A DNA stretch of 64,000 bases from an uncultured Chloroflexia bacterium (GTDB taxonomy: Bacteria > Chloroflexota > Chloroflexia > Chloroflexales > Herpetosiphonaceae). The DNA lies in the NCBI GenBank assembly GCA_963767035.1, contig CAVYBW010000001.1, positions 2,502,547-2,566,546 on the forward strand, in the 5' to 3' direction. Positions 16,740 through 25,849 of this stretch are shown in pieces. Under the pieces are notes generated by a model. That model had not been told where the DNA came from and searched no databases. It was given only the letters and a program-made list of their open reading frames with translations. The translations under genes were made by a program, and so were the position numbers. Position 1 is the stretch's first letter. Each line of letters begins with the position of its first letter.

Positions 16740-17807
16740 TTAATCGTTAGGATCTTGCCACATGCCCAACGAACGCGTTGGCGTGCGGCCACCATACTCA
16801 GGCGGCGCTGCTCCAAATGTGGTTGGTTGCTCATCGCTATTGCCTGATGCGTAGTCCGCTGGTTTGGGAGCATAGGCCGAAACGCTATCACTTGGTTGAT
16901 AGCCTTCAGGCTTCGGAGCATAGGCTGAAACGCTATCACTTGGTTGATACTGTTCAGGTTTGGGCTGATAGTTGGTTGGTGGCGTGAGCGGCGTGGTTTG
17001 GCTGCCAACTTGATAGCCAGTAGCTACAACATCATAGGGCTGATATTGATAGGCAGGTTTACGGCGGCTCAATACAAAGCCCAGCCCAACCAAGATTAAG
17101 CCAACCCCAACCAAGCCGCCAACCAACCACAGTGCCCATTGTGGCACGCCAGACTTTAATCTGCCAACAATGTCAAGCTGATAATCACGGGTTAGCGGGT
17201 AGGAAAAATCATAGGTTAAGCTTTTTTGATCGTCGCTCAGCGTGGCAATTTCGCGTTCGCTCCACGAATTAATGCTTTCAGGAAAGCGAATTGTCCAGCT
17301 AGTGGTGGGGTTAGCGACCAAACCTGAACCTAACAAATCGCCAGAATCTTGGCTATCAAACATATCGCTTTGGCCATTTTTGACGATTGCCCGAAGGCGA
17401 ACATCGTTGCCATCCTGCTCAATTTCCACAGCTTCAAAGCGCACCAAACTATACAATTCATTCAATTCGGTGCTGGTCAATTGCTCGCGCAGCATCGCCA
17501 AATCGCGAAATTGCATACGAATCAGGGTGCCACGATACTTGCCATCGTCGCTCGTCCAAGCCTCATTGCTCGCTTGCCATTCAGCGGGCAGGCCATCGGC
17601 GATTGAGCCTAATTCGGCCATTGCTTCATCAAGCACATCGCTACCACCACCAGAACTGCCCATCATGGCAAAATCGAGCATCTGTTGCGAAAAGCCCAGT
17701 CGAATTTCATACGAACCGCTGGCATCGGAATTAAATTCAGTTTGTTGTTGCTGACTCACACACCCACTCAACAACACCAGACCGAGAAGCAACAACCAAT
17801 AGCGCAT
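16740..17807 (-). CDS. lipoprotein with an extracytoplasmic domain, single TM anchor and a Tyr/Gln/Pro-rich cytoplasmic tail ending DPND
   Basis: Lipobox 'LLSGC'; RBS 'ggagg'; TM 'LWLVGGLVGVGLILVGLGFVL'. The tail has the repeat 'QPSDSVSAYAPKP' x2 and ends 'WQDPND'. Confidence 0.6.
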   Translation of the reverse strand: MRYWLLLLGLVLLSGCVSQQQQTEFNSDASGSYEIRLGFSQQMLDFAMMGSSGGGSDVLDEAMAELGSIADGLPAEWQASNEAWTSDDGKYRGTLIRMQFRDLAMLREQLTSTELNELYSLVRFEAVEIEQDGNDVRLRAIVKNGQSDMFDSQDSGDLLGSGLVANPTTSWTIRFPESINSWSEREIATLSDDQKSLTYDFSYPLTRDYQLDIVGRLKSGVPQWALWLVGGLVGVGLILVGLGFVLSRRKPAYQYQPYDVVATGYQVGSQTTPLTPPTNYQPKPEQYQPSDSVSAYAPKPEGYQPSDSVSAYAPKPADYASGNSDEQPTTFGAAPPEYGGRTPTRSLGMWQDPND

Positions 17808-17921
17808 AACAGCCTCCGTTGATCAAAAATCGCTCGCTATCATCGTACCGCAAATTTGCTTGCTAAAATGCCAACACTCCGCCATAAAGACGGAGCGTTG
17901 ACCAAAAGGTTTCAGGCTAGC

Positions 17922-18797
17922 TTATGGTTTGCGATTTGGGTCATTTGGGTCGGAATAGTTTTGTTGCGCGTTGGGATCGTAGGTTTGACCACCATATTGC
18001 TGATAGCCAGCGGCAACTGGAGCAGCTTTGCGACGGTTCAGCACAAAGAAGGCCACGCCTGCCAAAACTACCAACAAGCCAATGCCCCCAAGGATCAATG
18101 GCAAACTGCTGCTACCGCCACCACTCTTCGATGAGACAGCCTTCAAGCTATAGGTTGCAGCCTTGTCGGCAGGAATCTTCCAGGTTACAGTATTACCATT
18201 AACCGTGGTAATGTCGGCTGGGCCTGACTCGGTGACTTCGCCGGGCAAAGTTACTTGCCAAACAATTACGGCTTGGTTCAATTTTTCCATTCCAGGCATG
18301 CCAGCTGTTTCGCTACCACCCTCTGCCGCAGCTGCGGCCAAATCGGTGGCAACAGCGTCACCAGTAACGATAAATGTCTTACCATCATCAGTAACTTTCA
18401 AATTGGATAAAGCTTGGCCAGTAGGATTGGTCTCACCGCCTGAATCGCTCAAAAACTTGCTAAGTTGCTCATTTAACGTGGCAAGATTAGCAAACTTCAT
18501 ATCAATTTTAACGCCTTTGAAGGCTTGGCCATTGATGGTTTCTTGCCAATCGCTGGTCGTAGCGCCCCATTCTGCGGGATATTCAGCAGTGCTATCTTTC
18601 ACATCCTTAAATGGGTCTTGCATTTCCTCACCACCCATACTTTGTAGCATGGCTAGTGATTCTTCTTCAAAACCAACTTTAAAGGTGTTCGTGCCGCTGC
18701 CATCGCTGGTGATTTTGGTTTCGGCTTGTGAAGCAACACAACCACTCAAGGAAAGTGCTAAAACGCCTAGTAAAATACGGCTCATCCATTGTTTCAT
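17922..18797 (-). CDS. paralogue of the preceding lipoprotein (same architecture; tail ends DPNDPNRKP)
   Basis: 'MKQWMSRILLGVLALSLSGC' lipobox with RBS 'ggag'. Paralogous motifs 'GFEEESLAMLQSMGG' vs 'GFSQQMLDFAMMGSSGG'. TM helix plus 'AGYQQYGGQTYDPNAQQNYSDPNDPNRKP'. Confidence 0.6.
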   Translation of the reverse strand: MKQWMSRILLGVLALSLSGCVASQAETKITSDGSGTNTFKVGFEEESLAMLQSMGGEEMQDPFKDVKDSTAEYPAEWGATTSDWQETINGQAFKGVKIDMKFANLATLNEQLSKFLSDSGGETNPTGQALSNLKVTDDGKTFIVTGDAVATDLAAAAAEGGSETAGMPGMEKLNQAVIVWQVTLPGEVTESGPADITTVNGNTVTWKIPADKAATYSLKAVSSKSGGGSSSLPLILGGIGLLVVLAGVAFFVLNRRKAAPVAAGYQQYGGQTYDPNAQQNYSDPNDPNRKP

Positions 18798-18918
18798 GGG
18801 TTTCGCTCCTTCAATAAACTGTCTAACGGAGGATACTGCGATTATAGATGGCAAACTACGCCATGTCTACCAAAGTTCTGTGCTATCCTGATAGCAAAAT
18901 TGCGATAAGGATAATGGT

Positions 18919-20781
18919 ATGCGTCGCTGGCGAATCTGCCTTTTGCTTTTGATCGTGGTTGGTTGTAGCACAACCGCACCTCCAAATAGCACCCAGACCT
19001 CAACTCAACCAAGTCTGCCAACTCCAACTCAGGCACTCAAGCCAACCCAAGTGTTAGCCACAACGCTGCCAGCAATTGCTGATGAAGCTGCTGTGGAGCA
19101 GGCCAACCAACAAGCGCTTGAACGCGATTTGGCGCAATTAGCGGTTGATTGGCGCTTGATCGGCGAAAAACCGCAAGCCTTGCGTTCGGAAACGCCCCCA
19201 CCCTACGAGCGGCGCAGCTTTTGGGTTACCGACTTGACCAGCAATCAACAGCGCAATATCAGTGCCACCCTTCAATTGAGCACAACCCACTTGTTGATTT
19301 ATGTGGCCGATGATCTACCAGTTGACCAACAAGCCCTCAACAATGCAGCCCAGCAATTTGAGCAAGTTGGTTGGCCTGTACTGGCCAAGTGGTATCCACA
19401 AACGGCTTGGCCCCACGTGCCCGTAACCGTTTTGAATACCAGCATCAGCGGAGCTGGCGGTTATTACGCCAGCGATAACGAATTGCCCCAGGCAATCAAC
19501 CCATTCTCCAACGAACGCGAGATGTTGGTGATCAACGCTGCCGCAATGCCGCCAAGCGATCCTAGCTATATCGCCACCTTGATTCACGAGATGCAGCATT
19601 TGTTGCATCGCAATGTGCTAAGTCACCCCGCTACATGGATTAACGAGGGCGCTTCGATGTTGAGCGAACAGCGTTCAGGCTATGGCAACGATAGCTTAGC
19701 ACTCGATTTTCTGGCCTCACCCGATACCCAACTCAATGCTTGGGCCAGCAGCCCAGGCACTGCGCTCAAACACTACGGCGCGGCGCAGCTCTTTCTGAAC
19801 TACCTTGATCAACAATTGGCTGGATTGCCAATGGGCACCTTGGCCGCTGCCGATGCTGGTGATAATCTGACCAGCATTACCAGTCTGATGGCCACGCGCT
19901 ACCCCGATTTAACCAATTTTGATCAGCTATTTGCAGCATGGTCGGTTGCCAATTTAGTTAATGATCAAAGCTTGGCGGATGGCCGTTATGGCTATGATTT
20001 GCCGCGACCCGTCGTGCCAGAGCCAGCCCAAACCAGCGGGCAAAATCTAAGCATTCAGCAATTTGGCAGCGATTATTTGGCCTTTGATAATGCCAGCAGC
20101 GAACGGTCAATCGAATGGCAGGGCAACAACACTGTGCCTATTTTCGCCGCCGATGTGACAAGTAGCGCCACATGGTGGAGTGGTCGCGGCGACGCACGAG
20201 TGAGCACGCTGACCACAGCAATCCAAGTGCCGAGCAATGGCAGTAAATTGAGCTATCAACGCTGGTTTGATTTAGAGCAAGATTACGATTATGCCTATCT
20301 CAGTGTCTCGCAAGATAACGGCCAAACTTGGCAGGCAATCGCGACCCAAGCCAGCACTGGTGCAAATCCCGTCGGCTTGAATATTGGCGCTGGCTGGACA
20401 GGCCAACAACCCAATTGGCAGCCAGAAAGCGTTGATCTCAGGCCATGGGCTGGCCAAGCCATTCAATTGCGCTTTTGGGTGATTAATGATGAAGCCTACA
20501 ATGCAGCCGGTTTAGCGTTGAGCGATCTCAGGATCGAGGGTCTAAACCCAGAATGGACTGGCGCTGGGTTTGTGCCAGTTCGCAATCAATTGGCGCAGCG
20601 CTGGATACTAACCGCAGTGCTCTACGATCAAACTGGCGCTATCAAAATCATGGCAATTCCAACTGATAGTGGCAAGACACGATGGGTGATTCCGGCCAAC
20701 CAGCGAGCGGTTTTGGTAATTAATGCTACGACCCAAGGCACGACCGAAGCCGCCGATTACAGCTATAACGTCACACCGTAG
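18919..20781 (+). CDS. secreted lipoprotein, gluzincin-type zinc metallopeptidase (HEXXH...NEG)
   Basis: Lipobox 'VVGCS'. 'LIHEMQHLLH' followed 16 residues later by 'WINEGASM', a thermolysin/M1-like third Glu ligand. Large C-terminal beta-rich domain. Confidence 0.55.
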   Translation: MRRWRICLLLLIVVGCSTTAPPNSTQTSTQPSLPTPTQALKPTQVLATTLPAIADEAAVEQANQQALERDLAQLAVDWRLIGEKPQALRSETPPPYERRSFWVTDLTSNQQRNISATLQLSTTHLLIYVADDLPVDQQALNNAAQQFEQVGWPVLAKWYPQTAWPHVPVTVLNTSISGAGGYYASDNELPQAINPFSNEREMLVINAAAMPPSDPSYIATLIHEMQHLLHRNVLSHPATWINEGASMLSEQRSGYGNDSLALDFLASPDTQLNAWASSPGTALKHYGAAQLFLNYLDQQLAGLPMGTLAAADAGDNLTSITSLMATRYPDLTNFDQLFAAWSVANLVNDQSLADGRYGYDLPRPVVPEPAQTSGQNLSIQQFGSDYLAFDNASSERSIEWQGNNTVPIFAADVTSSATWWSGRGDARVSTLTTAIQVPSNGSKLSYQRWFDLEQDYDYAYLSVSQDNGQTWQAIATQASTGANPVGLNIGAGWTGQQPNWQPESVDLRPWAGQAIQLRFWVINDEAYNAAGLALSDLRIEGLNPEWTGAGFVPVRNQLAQRWILTAVLYDQTGAIKIMAIPTDSGKTRWVIPANQRAVLVINATTQGTTEAADYSYNVTP

Positions 20782-20824
20782 TATAATTGGTTAGCCCTAG
20801 CTTAGATGGATTGAGGATTGGCTC

Positions 20825-22498
20825 ATGACTGAAAGCGTCGCAATTGCAGAGCAGCCTAGTCAAACGGCTGCAATCACCATCCCACGTTCGCCTTTAAGTC
20901 GGTTGTTATTGCCAATTGCCTTGGTGGTGTTGGCGCTTGGCGCAGGGCTAGCAGCGTGGTGTGGGCTTAACTTTGGTTCTCAAACGATGCTGATTGGCGC
21001 AATTGCTGGTGGCGTTGGTGCCCTAGCAGCCTTGGTCGGCTTGATTGCTGGCCTCCGTCGGCGCTTGCCATTGAGCGGTTGGGCCTTGGTGATCGGCACC
21101 TTGAGCATCGCCCTCGGTGCAACTATGGTCTTCCCCGACCAACGCGAATTGGCGATCATCAGCGCAGCACTGCCGGTGTTGTGTGCCGCCTTGACTTTAC
21201 GCCCTTTGCACACTGTTATTGTTACGGTTGTTAGTTTAGCCAGTTTATGGGCAGCTGCCTATTTTGCTGCCGCCGAACCAAGCCAAAACCAATTAATTCA
21301 ATGGGGCTTGCTAAGTGCCTTTGTCTTGGTGATTAGCATTTTTGGCTTGGTTTGTAGCGCAGCGTTACAGACCTTTGATCGCCAACAAACTGTAGGCCAT
21401 GAATCAACCACCCAACTCAACAAGCAGCTGGGCGAAGAACAAGAGCGGGTTGAACGCGCTGCTCAATTGCTGGTGCAAGAGCGCGATCGGCTGGCGGCGG
21501 TGCTTGGTGCTGCTAGCGATGGCGTGGTGTTGGCCGATAGCAATGGTGTAATTGTGCAAGCCAATGCTGCTGCCCGCCAATTATTGAATGAGACGTTTGG
21601 CGGCACCCTCGAAGGCCAAGCGCTCAACCAATGGAGCCAAGAAAACACTGGTCGGCTGCGCGTGATCAGCAACGAACGCGAAGGCGAACGCCAACGAGTG
21701 GTGTTTGAGCAACAACAAGGCACCCGTAAACCAGTCATTGGCCTGAATCAAGTGCCAATTCGCAGCAGCGCTGGCAGCGTTTTGGGCTATGTTGGGGTGT
21801 TCCACGATAAAACCAGCGAATTGGAAGTTGAGGAAATGCGCTCGCAATTGCTCGATTTCTTGGTGCAAGATATGCATGATCCGCTCAACTCGGTGTTGGC
21901 GGCGCAAGATACTTTGCTGGCAGGCGAACTTGGCGATGGCAATGAGCGCGTCTTATCAACTGCTCGACGCACCACCTCACGCTTGGTTGAGCTAACCAAC
22001 ACCTTGATGGAAATGAGCCGCTTGCATGGCGACACCAATAGCCTGCACCGCTTGGCTAACCCATTGCGACCCTTGATCGAAGGCAGCATTGCCCAATCCA
22101 CGCCGCAAGCCCAGCAACGAGCAATTAACTTGGTGTTGGAGTATGGCGCTGATAGTGGTGCGCTTGCCTTCGATGCCGATCGGATGCGGCGGGTGATGAG
22201 CCACCTATTGGATAATGCCTTGCGCCGCAGCCCAGCCTATAGCACGGTGCGGGTACAAGTGAGCAACACTGGCGGCAATGCTCAAGTGCGGATTGCCGAC
22301 CAAGGTCCAAGTATTCCAGTGGAACTCGCAGGTCGAATTTTTGACCGTTTTAGCAAACAGGTTGGTGAGCAACGCATCGGCGGGGTTGGCTTGGCCTATT
22401 GCAAACAAGTGATCGAGGCCCATGGTGGCCGAATTTGGGTTGATAGCACCCCTGGCAAAGGCAGTACCTTTATCTTTAGCTTGCCCTCAGCAGCATAA
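20825..22498 (+). CDS. membrane sensor histidine kinase (multi-TM N-terminus, PAS, HisKA, HATPase_c)
   Basis: 4-5 TM helices; PAS '[21 protein letters not shown]'; HATPase G-boxes '[31 protein letters not shown]'. Confidence 0.8.
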   Translation: MTESVAIAEQPSQTAAITIPRSPLSRLLLPIALVVLALGAGLAAWCGLNFGSQTMLIGAIAGGVGALAALVGLIAGLRRRLPLSGWALVIGTLSIALGATMVFPDQRELAIISAALPVLCAALTLRPLHTVIVTVVSLASLWAAAYFAAAEPSQNQLIQWGLLSAFVLVISIFGLVCSAALQTFDRQQTVGHESTTQLNKQLGEEQERVERAAQLLVQERDRLAAVLGAASDGVVLADSNGVIVQANAAARQLLNETFGGTLEGQALNQWSQENTGRLRVISNEREGERQRVVFEQQQGTRKPVIGLNQVPIRSSAGSVLGYVGVFHDKTSELEVEEMRSQLLDFLVQDMHDPLNSVLAAQDTLLAGELGDGNERVLSTARRTTSRLVELTNTLMEMSRLHGDTNSLHRLANPLRPLIEGSIAQSTPQAQQRAINLVLEYGADSGALAFDADRMRRVMSHLLDNALRRSPAYSTVRVQVSNTGGNAQVRIADQGPSIPVELAGRIFDRFSKQVGEQRIGGVGLAYCKQVIEAHGGRIWVDSTPGKGSTFIFSLPSAA

Positions 22499-22512
22499 CG
22501 AGGAGTAGTTCC

Positions 22513-23487
22513 ATGGCAAAAATAGGCCGCAACGATCCCTGCCCATGTGGCAGTGGCAAGAAATACAAACAATGTCATGAAGCAACTGATCGTGCGCAAG
22601 AAGACCAGTTGCGCTTATTACGCCGTGCTCAAGATCGGCTGTTTCCCAAATTAATCGAGGCGACCCAAAGCCCAGAATTAGCGCCCACCACGCCAGCATT
22701 ATTTGAGCAATATTGGGGTGGGCGCTACACCGCCGCCGATATGAACGACCTCGATGAGCAAGAAGATCGTGGCTCGGAACGCTTTTTGACCTGGATGGCT
22801 TTCGATGCCCAAAGTGGCGACGATGGCTCAACGCTCGTCGAACGTATCGCTGCCAATCCACCGGCTGAGCTTGAGCTTGACGCGCATGAACTTGATTTGC
22901 TGCCAACATGGGCTGGCATTCGGCTGCGGCCTTACCTGATTGTGGAAATTATCAAAGGTAAAGGGGCCTTGATTCAAGAGGTTTTGACCAAAGAAACCTT
23001 TACTTTGCGCGACCATGCCGCCGCCAAGCGTTTGGAAGAAAACGAATTGATTTTCGCCCATCTTGTGCCAGTTGGCGATGAATATTACATTGCTGGCGCT
23101 GCCGCTCAAACCACACCTGACACCGTGGAAAAATTGGCCGAATTTTTGGCTGTTAGCTTAGAAGATTGGCAATTGCGCAACCCCGATGCCGATTTGAACC
23201 AGTTTGTGCGCGAAAATAGTTATCTGTTCAATCATTTTATCTCGGTGTTGCCACGCGAAGAAAAAGAACCATCGAAGTTTGACGATTTGATGTTGCGTGG
23301 CCGGGCAGCCTTGTTGATGACCAAACAAACGTTAGGTTTGGGCAATGACGATGATGACGACGATGATGACGACGATGATGAATTTGACGATGATGTTGAC
23401 GACGACAGCGACGATGATGCTGAAGTTGACGATGACGATGATCAAACTGAAGCATTAGCCGATTCGAGCGCAGCGCCAACCAACTAA
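22513..23487 (+). CDS. SEC-C motif (zinc-binding) domain protein with an extreme poly-Asp C-terminal tail
   Basis: N-terminal '[18 protein letters not shown]' SEC-C metal-binding motif. The C-terminus '[35 protein letters not shown]' is the direct translation of gat/gac runs at 23341-23445. RBS 'aggag'. Confidence 0.65.
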   Translation: MAKIGRNDPCPCGSGKKYKQCHEATDRAQEDQLRLLRRAQDRLFPKLIEATQSPELAPTTPALFEQYWGGRYTAADMNDLDEQEDRGSERFLTWMAFDAQSGDDGSTLVERIAANPPAELELDAHELDLLPTWAGIRLRPYLIVEIIKGKGALIQEVLTKETFTLRDHAAAKRLEENELIFAHLVPVGDEYYIAGAAAQTTPDTVEKLAEFLAVSLEDWQLRNPDADLNQFVRENSYLFNHFISVLPREEKEPSKFDDLMLRGRAALLMTKQTLGLGNDDDDDDDDDDDEFDDDVDDDSDDDAEVDDDDDQTEALADSSAAPTN

Positions 23488-23592
23488 GCAAGCGGCCACG
23501 TTTAATCAGGGGTAGGAATGAGCCTAGGCCACATTCCGCCCCTGATTGTTGATTAAACCTTTGACTTTGCTCCAGCGTTCAGCTACCATGCA

Positions 23593-25017
23593 ATGGATAG
23601 AGAGTTGGCTCAGGAATTGAGGAATATGTCTGAACAATCACCACTCAGCGAGCGTGAAATTGAGGTTTTGAAGCAACTAGCGCTTGGTGCCAGTAATAAC
23701 GAAATTGCCAATACGCTTGTCATCAGCCCCAACACGGTTAAAGTGCATATCCGCAATATCTACGCGAAGCTTGGGGTGTTATCGCGAGCCGAGGCAACCC
23801 TCGAAGCTGTACGCCGTGGCTTAATTGAAGTTGCTATCAATCCAATTGCAACGCCTGAAGCGGAAATCGTGCAGCCTGAGATCGAGCCAGTTGTTAGCCC
23901 AGTTAAACTTGAGTCAATTGAGCTAAACCCGCTCCCAGACCCAATTAATCTCCAACCTGCAATCACTCCAACCCCTGATCCGATTACCCCAGTCATAACC
24001 CAACCAACCAATCAGATTACGATTCCGCGTGCGTATGCCTTGGCAATTGTGGGCGTGCTGTTTGGGCTAATCGTGGCGGTGTTTGCGATTGGCTGGTTTG
24101 TGGTAAGCGGCAATAATTCCGCAACCAACGAACCTGTCACGACCATGATTGTGAGCAATGTTTGGCAGCCGTTGACTGCATTGCCCCAACCAACCTATCA
24201 ACATGCCGGAGTTTTCGTGGCCGATAGCTTGATTGTGATTGGTGGCAATACTGATACTGGCGTGGTGGCGCATACCCGCCAGTTAAATCTTGCAACTGGC
24301 GCATGGCGCGATCTAGCTGCCAAACCAACCGCTGTGGCCGCCAGCGGAGCAGTGCAGATTGCTGGCCAAATTTATGTTGCTGGGGGCCGCGATAAAAATG
24401 GCGCTGCTAGTGCGACCTTCGAGATTTTTGATTTGGCACAAAATCGTTGGCAAACTGGCCCAGCCATGCCAGCACCTCGGGCCAATGCCATGGTTGCGGC
24501 GATTGATGGCAAAGTCTATGTCTTTGGGGGCGAAGCCGAGAGCGTAATTGCCGATACCAGCTTCATGTATAGCCCCGATACCAAAAGTTGGAGCCAAGGC
24601 GCGAGCCTGCCCTTGCCCTTGCGCGATGCGGCAATAGCCCAAAGTGGCAGCGATATTGTGCTAACTGGCGGCCAAACAACGACTGGCACAAACCTCGGCA
24701 CATGGCGCTTACAAACGGGTACATGGCAAAAGCTGGCCGACCTGCCAGGCCCACGAATTGACGCTGGCGCAGTCTATATTACCAATCAAGTCTATTTGGT
24801 TGGCGGGGCGGAGGGCGATCAACCGATTTTGGTGTTGCAAAACGGCATCTGGAATGCCACTGATTTGCGCACTGGACATGCCATCAGCGAACACCTCGTG
24901 CTATCAAATGCTCGTGATATCTATAGCATTGGTGGGTGGAATGGCACGAATGCGCTCGCTGAAACCCGTAGTTGGACACCAATTACCAATATTTTCTTGC
25001 CGAGTGTTGGCAAGTAG
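23593..25017 (+). CDS. one-component transmembrane regulator: LuxR-type HTH, Pro-rich linker, TM helix, extracytoplasmic Kelch-repeat beta-propeller
   Basis: 'LSEREIEVLKQLALGASNNEIANTLVISPNTVKVHIRNIYAKLGV' is LuxR/FixJ. TM helix 'YALAIVGVLFGLIVAVFAIGWFVV'. Repeated '...GG.....G.......L..G.W' Kelch-like blades ('IYVAGGRDKNG', 'VYVFGGEAES', 'VYLVGGAEG'). The true start may be the ATG at 23626. Confidence 0.65.
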   Translation: MDRELAQELRNMSEQSPLSEREIEVLKQLALGASNNEIANTLVISPNTVKVHIRNIYAKLGVLSRAEATLEAVRRGLIEVAINPIATPEAEIVQPEIEPVVSPVKLESIELNPLPDPINLQPAITPTPDPITPVITQPTNQITIPRAYALAIVGVLFGLIVAVFAIGWFVVSGNNSATNEPVTTMIVSNVWQPLTALPQPTYQHAGVFVADSLIVIGGNTDTGVVAHTRQLNLATGAWRDLAAKPTAVAASGAVQIAGQIYVAGGRDKNGAASATFEIFDLAQNRWQTGPAMPAPRANAMVAAIDGKVYVFGGEAESVIADTSFMYSPDTKSWSQGASLPLPLRDAAIAQSGSDIVLTGGQTTTGTNLGTWRLQTGTWQKLADLPGPRIDAGAVYITNQVYLVGGAEGDQPILVLQNGIWNATDLRTGHAISEHLVLSNARDIYSIGGWNGTNALAETRSWTPITNIFLPSVGK

Positions 25018-25752
25018 CTACATTCCAAAGCTCAAACGGGCAGCCAAAATATTGGGCAAGCCATGTTCAAGCATCAAGGTTTGGGTGCGCCGAATATTGT
25101 AAGTTGTGCGATGGAAGGTGACCGTTTGTTGTTCATCGTCGTAAATTGCCCAACCGGAACGTGCATCGCCATCGCGTGGTTGGCCAACGCCACCAGCATT
25201 GATGATATAGCGCTTGTCGGGTTGCAACTTAAGCACTAATTGATCGCTTGGAATCGTGGCAGTGCAATGATCGCCAACGAAATCGGCAGTGAAGATCACT
25301 GGCTGATGGGTATGGCCAACAAAGCAAATAGGTGTGCTAAAATGATCAAACGAATAACTTGCACCCACCGTATCAAGTAAATATTCCCAAACTGGGTCGC
25401 GTGGGCTGCCATGAGCTAAAGTAACGGTATCGTTAACCTGCTGCATGGGGCTAAGACTCAGCAAAAATTCGCGATGCTCTTCGGTTAATTGCGAGCCATT
25501 CCACTCGTTGGCAATCCGAGCATCACGATTAAAATTGCTGAGGGAAATCGAGCCAAGGCAGCCAAGGTCGTGATTGCCGACCAACATCGCTTGCTGGCGT
25601 TCACGCATGAGCGCAACACATTCATTTGGTTGAGGCCCGTAGCCAACCGTATCACCCAAACACCAAACCGAATCGACCTCGCCTGCTGCTCCAAGAACAG
25701 CTTCTAGTGCGGCTAAGTTAGCATGTATATCAGCAAGAACCAGAACCCGCAT
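25018..25752 (-). CDS. calcineurin-like metallophosphoesterase
   Basis: 'MRVLVLADIHAN', 'WCLGDTVGYGP', 'GNHD', 'VGHTH' motifs. Confidence 0.8.
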   Translation of the reverse strand: MRVLVLADIHANLAALEAVLGAAGEVDSVWCLGDTVGYGPQPNECVALMRERQQAMLVGNHDLGCLGSISLSNFNRDARIANEWNGSQLTEEHREFLLSLSPMQQVNDTVTLAHGSPRDPVWEYLLDTVGASYSFDHFSTPICFVGHTHQPVIFTADFVGDHCTATIPSDQLVLKLQPDKRYIINAGGVGQPRDGDARSGWAIYDDEQQTVTFHRTTYNIRRTQTLMLEHGLPNILAARLSFGM

Positions 25753-25849
25753 GTGTTACCTTTCTGCAATCAAGTGCTGTTTCTGTGGCAAGGGTTGGTA
25801 GAGTATAATGGCAGTCAGAAGCCTTTGTTGAGCTTGAACGAGGAACGTC

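Noticed and set aside
24067-24894. Cluster of antisense ORFs inside the LuxR-Kelch gene
   Set aside because: They are consistent with GC-rich antisense frames and have no RBS or motif support.
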